Source: Octopus bimaculoides (lineage: Eukaryota). Taken from it: DNA of 33,775 nucleotides. The notes beneath the pieces are model-generated. The model had not been told where the DNA came from and made no database searches. It saw only the letters and a program-made list of their open reading frames with translations. The translations under genes were made by a program, and so were the position numbers. Within the stretch, counting starts at the first letter, position 1, and every line of letters begins with the position of its first letter. Shown here in pieces: positions 23,485-33,775 of this stretch. The stretch spans positions 94,934,122-94,967,896 of the forward strand of contig NC_068985.1 in assembly GCF_001194135.2 (NCBI RefSeq), written 5' to 3'.

Positions 23485-23546
<62 letters not shown>
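23451..23546. repeat. (CA)n(TA)n microsatellite
   Basis: Direct reading. Confidence 0.95.
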
Positions 23547-24067
23547 CTGCATGAATTCGAGTTCATGTTGTGTGTATGTGTATTTATCCCGGAAACGGTG
23601 AAAAACATATTTCATTTCCGAAAACTGTGTCTCAAGGAGAATGTGATCAGTGAATAATAACAAAAAAGTACAATTTGCTACGGGAAATAACTGAAGTTTT
23701 AGATCGAAAACATTCTCACTCTCCATCTATCACCATCAATATCTCTGTATTTGTTTCCACACTCCTTATGACTCTCCGTCTCTCTCTTTCTCTCTGTATA
23801 CGGATTGCTTTCGTTTTGTGTAAAACTTCTAACGTTTACTTCCATTTTATGACAACGCTTACGCACAAATCCTGCTTTCTGATTGGGTAAAAACGTTAAT
23901 GCATATCATCGACCCTCGTAGTTTTATGGTAGTTTAAACGATCGAACCTTAGAGGATGACAAGCACTGTTCACCTTTGCTGTATTTGAAATTAAAATGTG
24001 AATCTCTACCTCATGCTGCTAGACTCTAACCATGATACTTATCAATCAACCGCTCTTTATTAAAAGC

Positions 24068-24195
24068 TGTTTCTGATTGAAGCTCAAATTTTTAGAGGCG
24101 GCGTTAGTCAAAATCCTCAACTGCATTACGTCACTATTACTTTATTCTATCGATAGATAAAAAGTTAATATCAGCAGAGATTAAGCTCTGAAAAG
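24068..24195 (-). mobile_element. Degenerate SINE remnant
   Basis: tttagaggcggcgttagtca...tacgtcactattactttattctatcga... is a decayed reverse-complement match to the gtcgataaa..agtacc...gtcgat.taatcgact block seen at 10411. Confidence 0.35.
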
Positions 24196-25210
24196 GCACA
24201 ACTTTTATTAATATTGCAAAACCTTTGTATTGTCTCCAAAGATCATAGCATCTCGTTGCTAGTATTGTATCTCATTTAGGCACAAAGATATCAGTTTTTA
24301 TAGGAGGAAAATAGGTGTTATTCTTACAACTATTTCTAGTCAGTTACCTTGTTTTATCGAAATAGGATCGTCGAATGAAAGACATTTTCTCGATGACATT
24401 TCAAAAACCAGTGTAAAGGTGTGTAACAAATAACAATTACGATTTTTCTAAATATTTAACGATTTCTTAATTTGGCTTTCGTTAATTTAGTACAAATGTT
24501 CATATCTTGCTCTCCATTAATATTTCAGAACAAAGTATAAATTCGCTTTTATCAAGATAGCATTAAATCCGATGCTTCAGGTAATAAAGCATTATGAATG
24601 TATTTAGAGAGCAGGTGGGCATGCACCAAATTAATAATGTAACTGATGAATGAAATAGGGTATTTACATAATTCCATAATTCCGTAATTCCCATATAATA
24701 GAGAAATAAACTATTGCATGAATGCTTGTTGAGCTATATATATGTATATATGTGTGTTTGTGGTGGGGTACTTTTGTGGTGATGCGTTCGACTTTAGTTT
24801 GTTCACAAGATGGATCTCTGAGATTAATCTATATTTACATATCATGTTCATATATTCCTGATTTTAAAAGACATCTCTTGAATTTGTAACCGCAAATTTT
24901 GTTAATGAATTATAAACATATCTTGAAGTATTTATTGTTGTCCTTTATGTCACGATTTGTAGGGGCGTGTTGCTATAATTGTCGCCCTCTATTATAGATA
25001 TTATAACTCTTCTGATAAATGTATGTTCCAACCGTGAAACATCCTTAAGAAATAAACACATTAGGGCACAAGAATAGCTCCATACAGCAGCAAATAGTTT
25101 TCAGACAGTATGCTTGTCTGGTGGGATTGGTATGTTTGCTGTGAAAAAAAGACTTTCACAATTCCATGTGAAGAAAAAGAAAACTTTGGACATCAAACCC
25201 ACTAGCAGGG

Positions 25211-25236
25211 CGCATACCCCACGTTGGGTATCACCG
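25211..25236 (-). mobile_element. Possible solitary hAT-type terminal inverted repeat
   Basis: Minus strand cggtgatacccaacgtggggtatgcg resembles CAGTGRTTCCCAAC.TGGGGTA.GCG termini of hAT-family MITEs. The partner end was not found. Confidence 0.3.
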
Positions 25237-26599
25237 TGTTAATATAAAGATTTAATCATCTAAGTTAATATATATTCCTTCAAATAAGCACTGGATGACT
25301 TATAGCTGAGGTGGAACTCTTCACACTAAGTATGCGAGATTTTACGCTAGATTGCTTGACCAAAGATTGTAGAAGTGTGGTTAACAGATATAAAAGAACT
25401 GGCTAAGGAAACGCTAACCGTCCATTGGAAACTGTGTTATTTGTCTTAGTGAGTTGTTCTCTCTCAACGTATGTTAATCCTTCATGTAATGCACTTAAAC
25501 TATATTCAACAAAAGGTACCCTTCTTAACATGTAATGCATATTAACAAATGTTAATTATGTACAGAGATCTAATTGAGAGAGGATACTGTTAAAACACAC
25601 GAAACATGACGTCAGGTAGACGGTGTTGATACCGGTTTCCAATCTTAGATATGTCTGACGTTTTAGTGTTACAGAGAACAACAAATTGCTTTCAACAACA
25701 CCTATAAAGAAATCCATTGAATGAAAGAGACCCACATGAATACCAAATAATTCGTATAAACTAATCGACATGCCATAGAAGATATCTGATGCTAAAAGTA
25801 TTTTAAAATAAAATGTACAAACTGCAAGCGTAGAGTGATGTATGGACGTAAGGTAAACAGAATACGGAAAGGATTAAACATTAGCAACATCTCTTATAAG
25901 GGAACGCAACCATCATTGCACCTATTCGAGACCTAGCATCAATGAGACGATATAAACATACATTAATAGTCTGATTATAAAAGCACAACCTAAAACAACA
26001 ATTAGTACCAGACGTAAATATGTCAACGCGATTCATGAAAAGGATCATAAATATGAAATTAAAAATGAACATGAATCAGGTATTTAAATATATGCATGCA
26101 AGCAAGTCCGTGCCCAATGTCTTAACATGTTCTAAAACCAAGGAGGAAGCACAATGTATTAAAGACACGACAAAAGTAACAAGGAAAACACTTATGGAAG
26201 TCATATCCATATTCAAAATGTTTCACTAAAAATATCACAAACAGTTGACAGATCAAACACACATAGATTTCATATTAAACATAAACAATAATAAGCAACA
26301 TTCTGATATTGTAAATATTTCCTGAGATAAGACCTAGAGAAAATCACAATGCTTGCCTGTAATAAATTGGTGTAAAAAATAAAATCGTTTGCACATGAAC
26401 ATCTGAAGCTCAATGCGTAGACAGTTCGATGTTAAAAAAAGAATCTCTCGAAATGTCTGCGACTTAATCTCCGAAGCTTACGTTACAAGATGCAAGGATA
26501 AGAGAAATAATAGATCAATGATAATAGATCGCAATCGTGTTTACAATAGAGATAATCCTTAACGCAAACAAATATGAAAATATGAAATGCATAAAACAT

Positions 26600-27160
26600 A
26601 GCTTACACATGTATCTGCACACATACTTACAAAGATATATGCATATTTATATGTATGCATGCATATATATATGGTTATGTACATATGTGTATGTATATAT
26701 ATGTTTATACGTGTTTATACACACACACGATTTGTATATATATATATGTGTGTGTGTTTGCGTGTTTGCATATGTATATATATATATATATATATATATN
26801 NNNNNNNNNNNNNNNNNNNNNNNNNNNNNNNNNNNNNNNNNNNNNNNNNNNNNNNNNNNNNNNNNNNNNNNNNNNNNNNNNNNNNNNNNNNNNNNNNNNN
26901 NNNNNNNNNNNNNNNNNNNNNNNNNNNNNNNNNNNNNNNNNNNNNNNNNNNNNNNNNNNNNNNNNNNNNNNNNNNNNNNNNNNNNNNNNNNNNNNNNNNN
27001 NNNNNNNNNNNNNNNNNNNNNNNNNNNNNNNNNNNNNNNNNNNNNNNNNNNNNNNNNNNNNNNNNNNNNNNNNNNNNNNNNNNNNNNNNNNNNNNNNNNN
27101 NNNNNNNNNNNNNNNNNNNNNNNNNNNNNNNNNNNNNNNNNNNNNNNGGCCGTGTGTTTG

Positions 27161-27192
<32 letters not shown>

Positions 27193-27213
27193 GATACATA
27201 CATACACACACAC

Positions 27214-27257
<44 letters not shown>
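26600..27257. repeat. TA/TG/CA-rich compound microsatellite region spanning a gap
   Basis: Direct reading; source of many spurious YI/HT/CV ORFs. Confidence 0.9.
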
Positions 27258-27258
<1 letters not shown>

Positions 27259-27889
27259 GGAATAATTTGATATGCATCGATTTGGTAAATTCAATTGGTT
27301 GTATATTTGTGATATTTCAGCAACGTGTAATTCATTTTTGATATAATTAAATTTCATTCATACGTATAATATTTGCTTTATTTATTGATGACGGGAAACC
27401 TGTACACACGTTTTTCCCCATAGACTTCATTCAAACACCAATTTTATCTAATTAGCTGGCATTGTGTTGATAGTTAATCTGTCCTGATTACCAAATTGAC
27501 CTCTCTGTATATATACTCAATATAAAAGAAAAGTCCCTTAGTGTGCACTACTATACATTCTAAGAGTACTTGCCACAAGCTTTAGTATACACCTGGCCTG
27601 CATATTTATATAGACAAGTGCAATTTATTCAGACGTATCATACTTTGTGTTATTATATAACTTGTAATATCGATTTTGTTTTATGTTTCTCAATACGATA
27701 TCTAAAAAATAACTTTATTTCTTATAAGATTACTATTCGATAGGTTTATTAAGAACATGGTTGTGTTTGCGTTGGGCATTACAGTAAGGTTCTATGTTAA
27801 GTGGTGGCAATACGTCCCTGTCAAAACGTACAACACGTAATTAAGACAACTGCGTTACAAATCGAATAGGGATGAATTATCGATGTTAT

Positions 27890-28285
27890 CTGAATTGAAA
27901 ACAGACTATTCTCGTAACGTTTCTCGGCAATTAGATGAAGTGAAGCATTAGATTAAAACGTCCATTATCACCATCTCAAAATCCTATAACATCTTGAGGA
28001 ACAGTACTCTGAGCATCAAACCTCAATTCCGTATATTGAAGTACTATGTCTACCCTATGTTAATGCATGGGAGTGAGGCATAGTCTATAACATCAGATCT
28101 GAAAGTACTTGGAGAGCAGCAGTGAAATGTGTCTACTAACGAAAATATTAATGATATTATGGACAAAGTGATGATCCGGGCAGCGGTGAGCAGGAATCTG
28201 TTTGGTGAGATAAAGGCCAAGTAACGGAGCTTTCTTGGTCATGTGATAAGGAGAGGGCTTGGAGAATTTAACGATGACTGTTTTG
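27890..28285 (+). mobile_element. RTE-clade LINE remnant (post-RT region)
   Basis: With frameshifts reads KH*IKTSIITISKSYNILRNSTLSIKPQFRILKYYVYPMLMHGSEA*SIT...MDKVMIRAAVSRNLFGEIKAK*RSFLGHVIRRG/LENLTMT. This matches the RTE pattern K.R+LKCYV..+LLYG.E.W...FLGH++R...LENL..TG. Confidence 0.7.
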
Positions 28286-28706
28286 TTGTCTTCATATATA
28301 TATATTCTCTGGTTGATGATGTATTCCTCAAAATATGATATATTTAAGTTGACGTAATATATTGTGAGTGACATGTATGTGTCTTTCATTTAAAGCTAAT
28401 TGTTTTTTTACTACTTGCTGTTCGTAAAATGAAAAGAATCGTCAAATACATTTTCGTGGAGAAGTGTTAAAAGATCAATTTCGAAGATAATTTCATTTGG
28501 TTTACGTTCATATTAATGATAGATTTAATTACAGTTAAATGTAAATACCTGGCAGTAATCTCCCTTTGTCCATAAAGAAAACATACGTATGGCAAGAAGT
28601 TAGTTCTAAATATTTTTCTAACAGTTTACCTGTCACAAAGACGTGAGAAGAATGAAATTACTTACCTATATCATTTAAATTAGAAGAAAGCATGATATTT
28701 ATGACT

Positions 28707-28803
28707 TAAGGTAATTATGAAGGAAAGCAACGACTTGTAACATTATAGCATGAAAGTTGAAATACAAGAAGTGTATGTGAGAGGAAGTGACGTAGTTTCC
28801 AGA
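28707..28803 (+). repeat. Direct repeat copy A (partner at 30754-30853)
   Basis: Manual alignment: 82 of 97 positions identical to copy B, plus one 3-nt gap. Confidence 0.9.
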
Positions 28804-29074
28804 AGGTACGCTATCCTCTAACTAAAATGGGAAAAATCCAGACTTTTATAACTTCCCATGGCAGTTTCTAGAAGCGTTCCAAATATCTTTTAGAATAATT
28901 CTGGCTAAAACCTAGAATGACTTCGACTGAAATCTTTTCAACGAGTGAGAGAACTTATTTTAAATTAGTTTAAAACAAAGCCGCCAAAAACAAACAGCTC
29001 TCAGTACAACTCTTAGTATGGAATTTTTAATGTCTTGTAGAGATCCATATCCATCCAAAGATTCTTCTATTTTC

Positions 29075-30753
29075 ACGTGTTCAATAATCTATTGCAACGA
29101 TGTATACAACTCATTTGGTATATATTTGTCCTCTCCCTTCAGAGAACGACTAAACTTCCAGGGGCTATTTTTGACTTTATGAACTGCATGTCTTATTATT
29201 CGTATTATTTGCATCAAAAACTTTTGCATGCAAATCTCTTGGCTGGCTACAGCCAATTCGACAGCTATAGAAGAGGAGTGCTCACTAAGAATTAATACTG
29301 GCTTCTTTCGATCAAAGGGTCTTGTAAATTCGATGTTTTCCCAGTGCTTCAAAATCTTTTCCTTTAGTTTTGTACGATTTATTTCTACATTATCTATACC
29401 ATGGCCAACCATGCACTCTTTGTAAAACTTCTCTACCTCTATTATAGACATAATTTTGCCATCGTCTAAAGACAGTTGTATATCTAAAAGGAATTCAATT
29501 TCTCCTGCAATTCTTTGAACACATTTTCCTTTGGTATCGGTAAGACAACTTATACTTGTGCTTGTAGACCCTTTAGAAGAACAATACTTTACCCACTGTC
29601 TTGTCATACATAATTTGTGGCACATTATATCTTTTGTCAGGGGGTCTTTCTCAGGAATGATTTCTGCATGATATAGTTTCCAGCCGTCATTATCACTTTT
29701 CTGCACAATTTCATATATTTAATTTCCAATATTCTCAGTGATGCATGCATGTAACTTTCCAAATTCTTTCCCTTGGAAAAAAGAAGCATTTAGATCTTTG
29801 GAATGATTTTGATTTCTTGATGGTTCTTGAACACTGGAGGATGAAATGGATGGGTTAGGGACTGCGCTTGCATTGAACGGGTGACATTGTCTCCTTTGTT
29901 CTTGCTGCATCATATCTAGCGTTTGCTCTCCTCAGGTGGTCTCAGTTGTTTGCATTGTAATAACATTTTCTATGCCAGAATGCTTGTTGCTTTATCAAAT
30001 AATCTACAGTAATGTCCTTGCCAAATCGTTTCTTTTTTCAAAGCAATAACTTCTTGATCTTTCAAGTTGACGAAAGTATTCATTTGACTGACGAAATTCT
30101 GAAATGTTTCTACAGCTGGATTTCTTACTGTGGGTCCAGACTTGTAGATTTGGCAGACGATGCATAGTTTGTAGTAAGTTAGAGCATGTTCTTCGAGATG
30201 GATCTGTTTAGCATGTGGTTGACCTACACATTCCATGTCTTAATTCAAGGACATACAAAGAGAGAGAAGAAACATCACAATTATTGATAGAAAACATTTG
30301 CTTCTACCCCACCAAATACTCATATGAATCATCCCCGAAGATTTTACAGTATGTGGTATAAGCTATACTCAAAATTAATTATGACATGTAAAATATTAGC
30401 ACTATAGTATATTATGAGAATATTTAGTAAGAAGGCCATTTTGGGTAGCTATTATAAGAAAAGATGGCCGTCATGCACGAAATATAACTTTTTCGTATTT
30501 GAAACTATCCTATTTGTAATCGTTGGCTTTATAAACAATACATTGCATAATTGGAACCCAATTTCTTTCTTAATTTCATGGAAAATAATGCAGGATTAAT
30601 GACTTTGGCAACCGTTTTTAAAGATGGCCGGCAAATATCTAAGATGAACGAGTAAAAACGATTTTTGCATTCCTCGACCTATGTTTTATTGAAAAAATCG
30701 GGTTTCCAAAAATCTATATGAAATTTTCAAGGATGACACAACGCACCCAGCTA
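29075..30753 (-). mobile_element. Decayed 5' portion of a large DNA transposon, probably Academ-type: terminus, subterminal region and N-terminal part of the transposase ORF
   Basis: The pseudo-ORF from 30236 across frameshifts reads MECVG...YKLCIVCQ...AFWHRKCYYNANN*DHLRRANARYDAA...SKCFF/QGKEFGKLHACITENIGN*...KSDNDGWKLYHAEIIPEKDPLTKDIMCHKLCMTRQWVKY...IAGEIEFL...KLKEKILK...PWKFSRSLKGEDKYIPNELYTSLQ*. I recognise this from large transposon-derived proteins of marine invertebrates. The minus-strand terminus at 30753 begins TAG (tagctgggtgcg), as in Academ elements. The family name is an inference. Confidence 0.6.
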
Positions 30754-30853
30754 TAAGGTCATTATGGAGGAAAGCAACGTCTTGTAACATCACAGCAACA
30801 ACGTTAAAATACAAATAGAAGTGTATGCGAGAGTGAGTAACATAGCTTCCAGA
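30754..30853 (+). repeat. Direct repeat copy B (partner at 28707-28803)
   Basis: See copy A; starts at the base right after the putative transposon terminus. Confidence 0.9.
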
Positions 30854-30947
30854 TATACTTGTTAGTTATTAGACTTTTATTCACCTTACTTCGAGCTGTG
30901 AGGATAATACCAGAGTACCTAATTCAACTGAATCTTAATTATTTCCA

Positions 30948-30994
<47 letters not shown>
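30948..30994. repeat. (TA)n microsatellite at gap edge
   Basis: Direct reading. Confidence 0.97.
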
Positions 30995-33389
30995 NNNNNN
31001 NNNNNNNNNNNNNNNNNNNNNNNNNNNNNNNNNNNNNNNNNNNNNNNNNNNNNNNNNNNNNNNNNNNNNNNNNNNNNNNNNNNNNNNNNNNNNNNNNNNN
31101 NNNNNNNNNNNNNNNNNNNNNNNNNNNNNNNNNNNNNNNNNNNNNNNNNNNNNNNNNNNNNNTATACATATACATATACAGACACACATAAATGTGAAAC
31201 GTTTCTAAATTACAACGTTTTTCTTATCTACGTTCTAATGATGGAGTTGAGTGTCTTTGTCAGAAAATAACACGACTTCAAATAAATTAAAAGAGAAGAA
31301 AGCTTATTGATTAATCATTTATACTTTGTAATGATGGAAGATAAAAAAATAAGTTGATATGAAAATTTGAGATATTGATAAATTCATATTTTTTTTATGA
31401 TACAGAGGAATTAACATAGTAAAGTAGATGGAAATATTAGCGAACATAATGTTGTTAGATTTAAAACAATACTTTTTTAAAGAGTTTTAGAACAACGAAC
31501 AATCAAAAATGAATTGAATCTATCAATTAGTACTTTTATCCTTATATCAGGTTCATATAAAAGCGAGTATCTTTTAGATTTGATTTGTTTACGCGAATAT
31601 AATCGAGGTGTGCACAAAAATTTTATTCACAAACAATAAAAATCGGTATTTGTGGTACAATTTAATAACGTACGTTGTAAAAAGACAGTATTTATCACGT
31701 TCACTTTCCAAGCAAATTTTCTCGTATTTTAAACGGCTGTTACTACTATGTAAAGCGATATACGTAGATTATCATATTCAAGCCTACTTCAAATATAGAG
31801 GTTAAGCAACTCTTATACCAAGTGTTATTACTTGTTAAGAAATACAGAGTGAAAGGAGAAGAAATTAAGATAGCCACAAGTAGTTCCTGCGTGTGTTTCA
31901 CCAGTGGGTTGTTTGGAACACCCCTTTGCATTCGGATGATTAAGGCGAACGAATCGTCAGGAAACACTTTAATGCACCAAATTATAGAGAACTAGTTTCA
32001 GGAGTCGGAGTGATTGTGAGGCGTTTTATACGTAATTTGAAAGGGGGATTGAGCGGAAGAATTTGGCTGTGAAGCAAACAAATGGACTAAGCAACAATGG
32101 AAAGTGTAGAGTGAAAGAGAGTCAAAGGGGATACATGAAGAAGAAAAGGAAGAGGTAGGCAAGAATTATAAAGGGAGATAAACGACAAAACAAAGAAACT
32201 GAAAGAAAGAGGAGTACAACTTGGATAGCCATAACAGCGATAAACAAATATATACGATGATATAAAAATACAGAACGTGGTATTTTAAGTAAAATGAATA
32301 AAATACTTATCTAGCATAAATAATTAAATATGTCTAAAATACAAAGAAAGGGGAGGAAAGACAGAAATTCAGAGTAAGATAAAAATGGGGTGAGTGGGAG
32401 AGAAGAGTATGAAATGATAAAACACTGAGATAGTTAATTCTGAGTCATTAACATAATTAGTGAAATCAAAGAGACACGAAACGAACGTATAGTATTTTAT
32501 ATTTAAATATGTGTGTCGTAATCCCACCTGTGCGTGTTTTTTCTCTGGATGTATGAATTTATACATTTGCACCTTGAAAAAGTATGTGAGGCTTTGAAGA
32601 TGACATTTGACTCTTATAATGATGCCCCCAAATATAAATATACGTTACTCTTTATTCATCTTCCTATCTCTTTGTTTTCACTAATCGTGGTTAACTGATC
32701 TTCTTTCCTGTCATCACTTACTTTCCCCTCTTTCTCCCACCCACTCTCTTTTCCACTTTGAGTTCCTGTCTTTTTTCTCTTTTGCTTTTTCTGTTTCGCT
32801 TTTTCTCTTAATTATGTGCATATATTAATTTTAGATATCTCTTTTATATTCATTTCACTTAGAGAATTATGTTGTTATATAGTTTTGTACCTTTGTAATT
32901 TTTATACATTTTTTACGTTTTTGTAGTTTTATATATAAATATAATTTTCTTTAACCATATTTTTCTGATTGTCCAAGTTACATTCTTCTCTCTGTCTTTT
33001 GCTGTTCCTTTCTTTTATCATTTCTCCCCTATTTCTGGTTTCCTTTCCAAGTTTTCTTCTTCTATTCTATTTCGTCCTTTTCTTCCTTATTTTCTCTATT
33101 TGTCTTCTTTTTGTCTCTTAACCCCCCCCTCTCTAGCTGAAACAGTTGCTTCTCTTCTATTTTCCTTCTCCCTTCAAAACATGAATGAATGCATTTTGTT
33201 ATTCTAGCAGAAGTGACAAAGTAACTCAATGGTCGAGAAAGGTCGAACGCATGAAACTCTTGGCCTTGAACTGCTATTTTGCTTCTGGTAAGTATTAATA
33301 TATATATATATACACATAATCTAGTCGTAAAATCTTAACAAAAGATCAGAGTCATGAATATACTAACAAATCCATATATAGATAGATAG

Positions 33390-33775
33390 TTAGATAGATA
33401 TTTCTGGCACGGGGAAAAGGGACAAAACTGCAAATTTGCCCATCCCAAACACCACCAGCTAAACAAGGTAGACAACCACTTACAACAAAATAAGCGGGAG
33501 CGCAGAAAAGGGAGACCAGAAAGCTTAAATCTACGTACACATAATCCACCGAATACCAACAGGACTCACAAAGAGAGAAGTCCGTATATTCCTTCTGCTC
33601 CCCCAAAAAGGCTATATGCAGAGGCTGTACGAACTGTAGTAGCTGAGCAGCAAGCTGTTTTAAGCTTGGCCCAGAAAATGGTACAACAGTTAACGTGGAT
33701 GCAGAGGGTATAGAGTCAACGCCACACGAACCATTGTCGAACACCACCACAGATGATGGATCAGGGATGGCCACC
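33390..33775 (+). mobile_element. Possible LINE ORF1 fragment with a CCCH-like finger remnant; runs off the window
   Basis: Abrupt rise in GC after a (GATA)n tract. The open frame 33390-33713 has no upstream ATG and reads LDRYFWHGEKGQNCKFAHPKHHQLNKVD...PKRLYAEAVRTVVAEQQAVLSLAQKMVQQLTWMQRV*. CKFAHPK resembles C-x5-C-x3-H finger ends. The reading continues past the stop. Confidence 0.4.

Noticed and set aside
22315-23529. Longest ORFs in the track (362 and 381 aa), and similar ones at 3044-3688, 13802-14578, 26537-27341 and 30859-31208
   Set aside because: Almost entirely N gap plus dinucleotide repeats.
25880-26230. ORF with FKYMHASKSVPN, faintly like a LINE endonuclease-RT linker
   Set aside because: A single weak motif with no flanking domain evidence.
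28804-29040. Minus-strand reading MDLYKTLKIPY*ELY*ELFVFGGFVLN
   Set aside because: Looks coding-like but matches no family I recognise, and has many stops.
28707-30853. LTR retrotransposon interpretation of the direct repeats
   Set aside because: Repeats lack TG...CA ends, PBS and PPT, and the interior is not gag/pol.
1-33775. CRISPR array, operon or other prokaryotic system
   Set aside because: No repeat-spacer periodicity and no gene-dense coding DNA; everything indicates animal non-coding DNA.

Overview
AT-rich, repeat-dense eukaryotic DNA with eight N gaps (about 2.9 kb in total), typical of a short-read scaffold. The SINE sequences, retrotransposon fragments and very high microsatellite density resemble what I recall from octopus (coleoid cephalopod) genomes; this is an inference, not a database match. 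I cannot support any intact host gene, true RNA gene or CRISPR array, and most ORFs in the supplied track are microsatellite or gap artefacts. The window is a graveyard of mobile elements. It holds five fragments of R4/Dong-like non-LTR retrotransposons, four of them clustered on the minus strand at 5.2-8.4 kb and three of those ending flush against (TAA)n tracts. It also holds several tRNA-derived SINE copies or fragments, a Tc1 3' end, CR1/L2-like and RTE-like LINE remnants, and a decayed large DNA transposon (probably Academ-type) bracketed by a ~100-bp direct repeat. A 351-bp palindromic MITE-like element carries two RFX X-box motifs, and a possible LINE ORF1 fragment sits at the right edge. 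The best leads are the TAA-homing retrotransposon cluster (with a SINE tail apparently serving as landing pad), the X-box palindrome, and the direct repeat that starts exactly at the Academ-like terminus. I see no convincing novel gene system.
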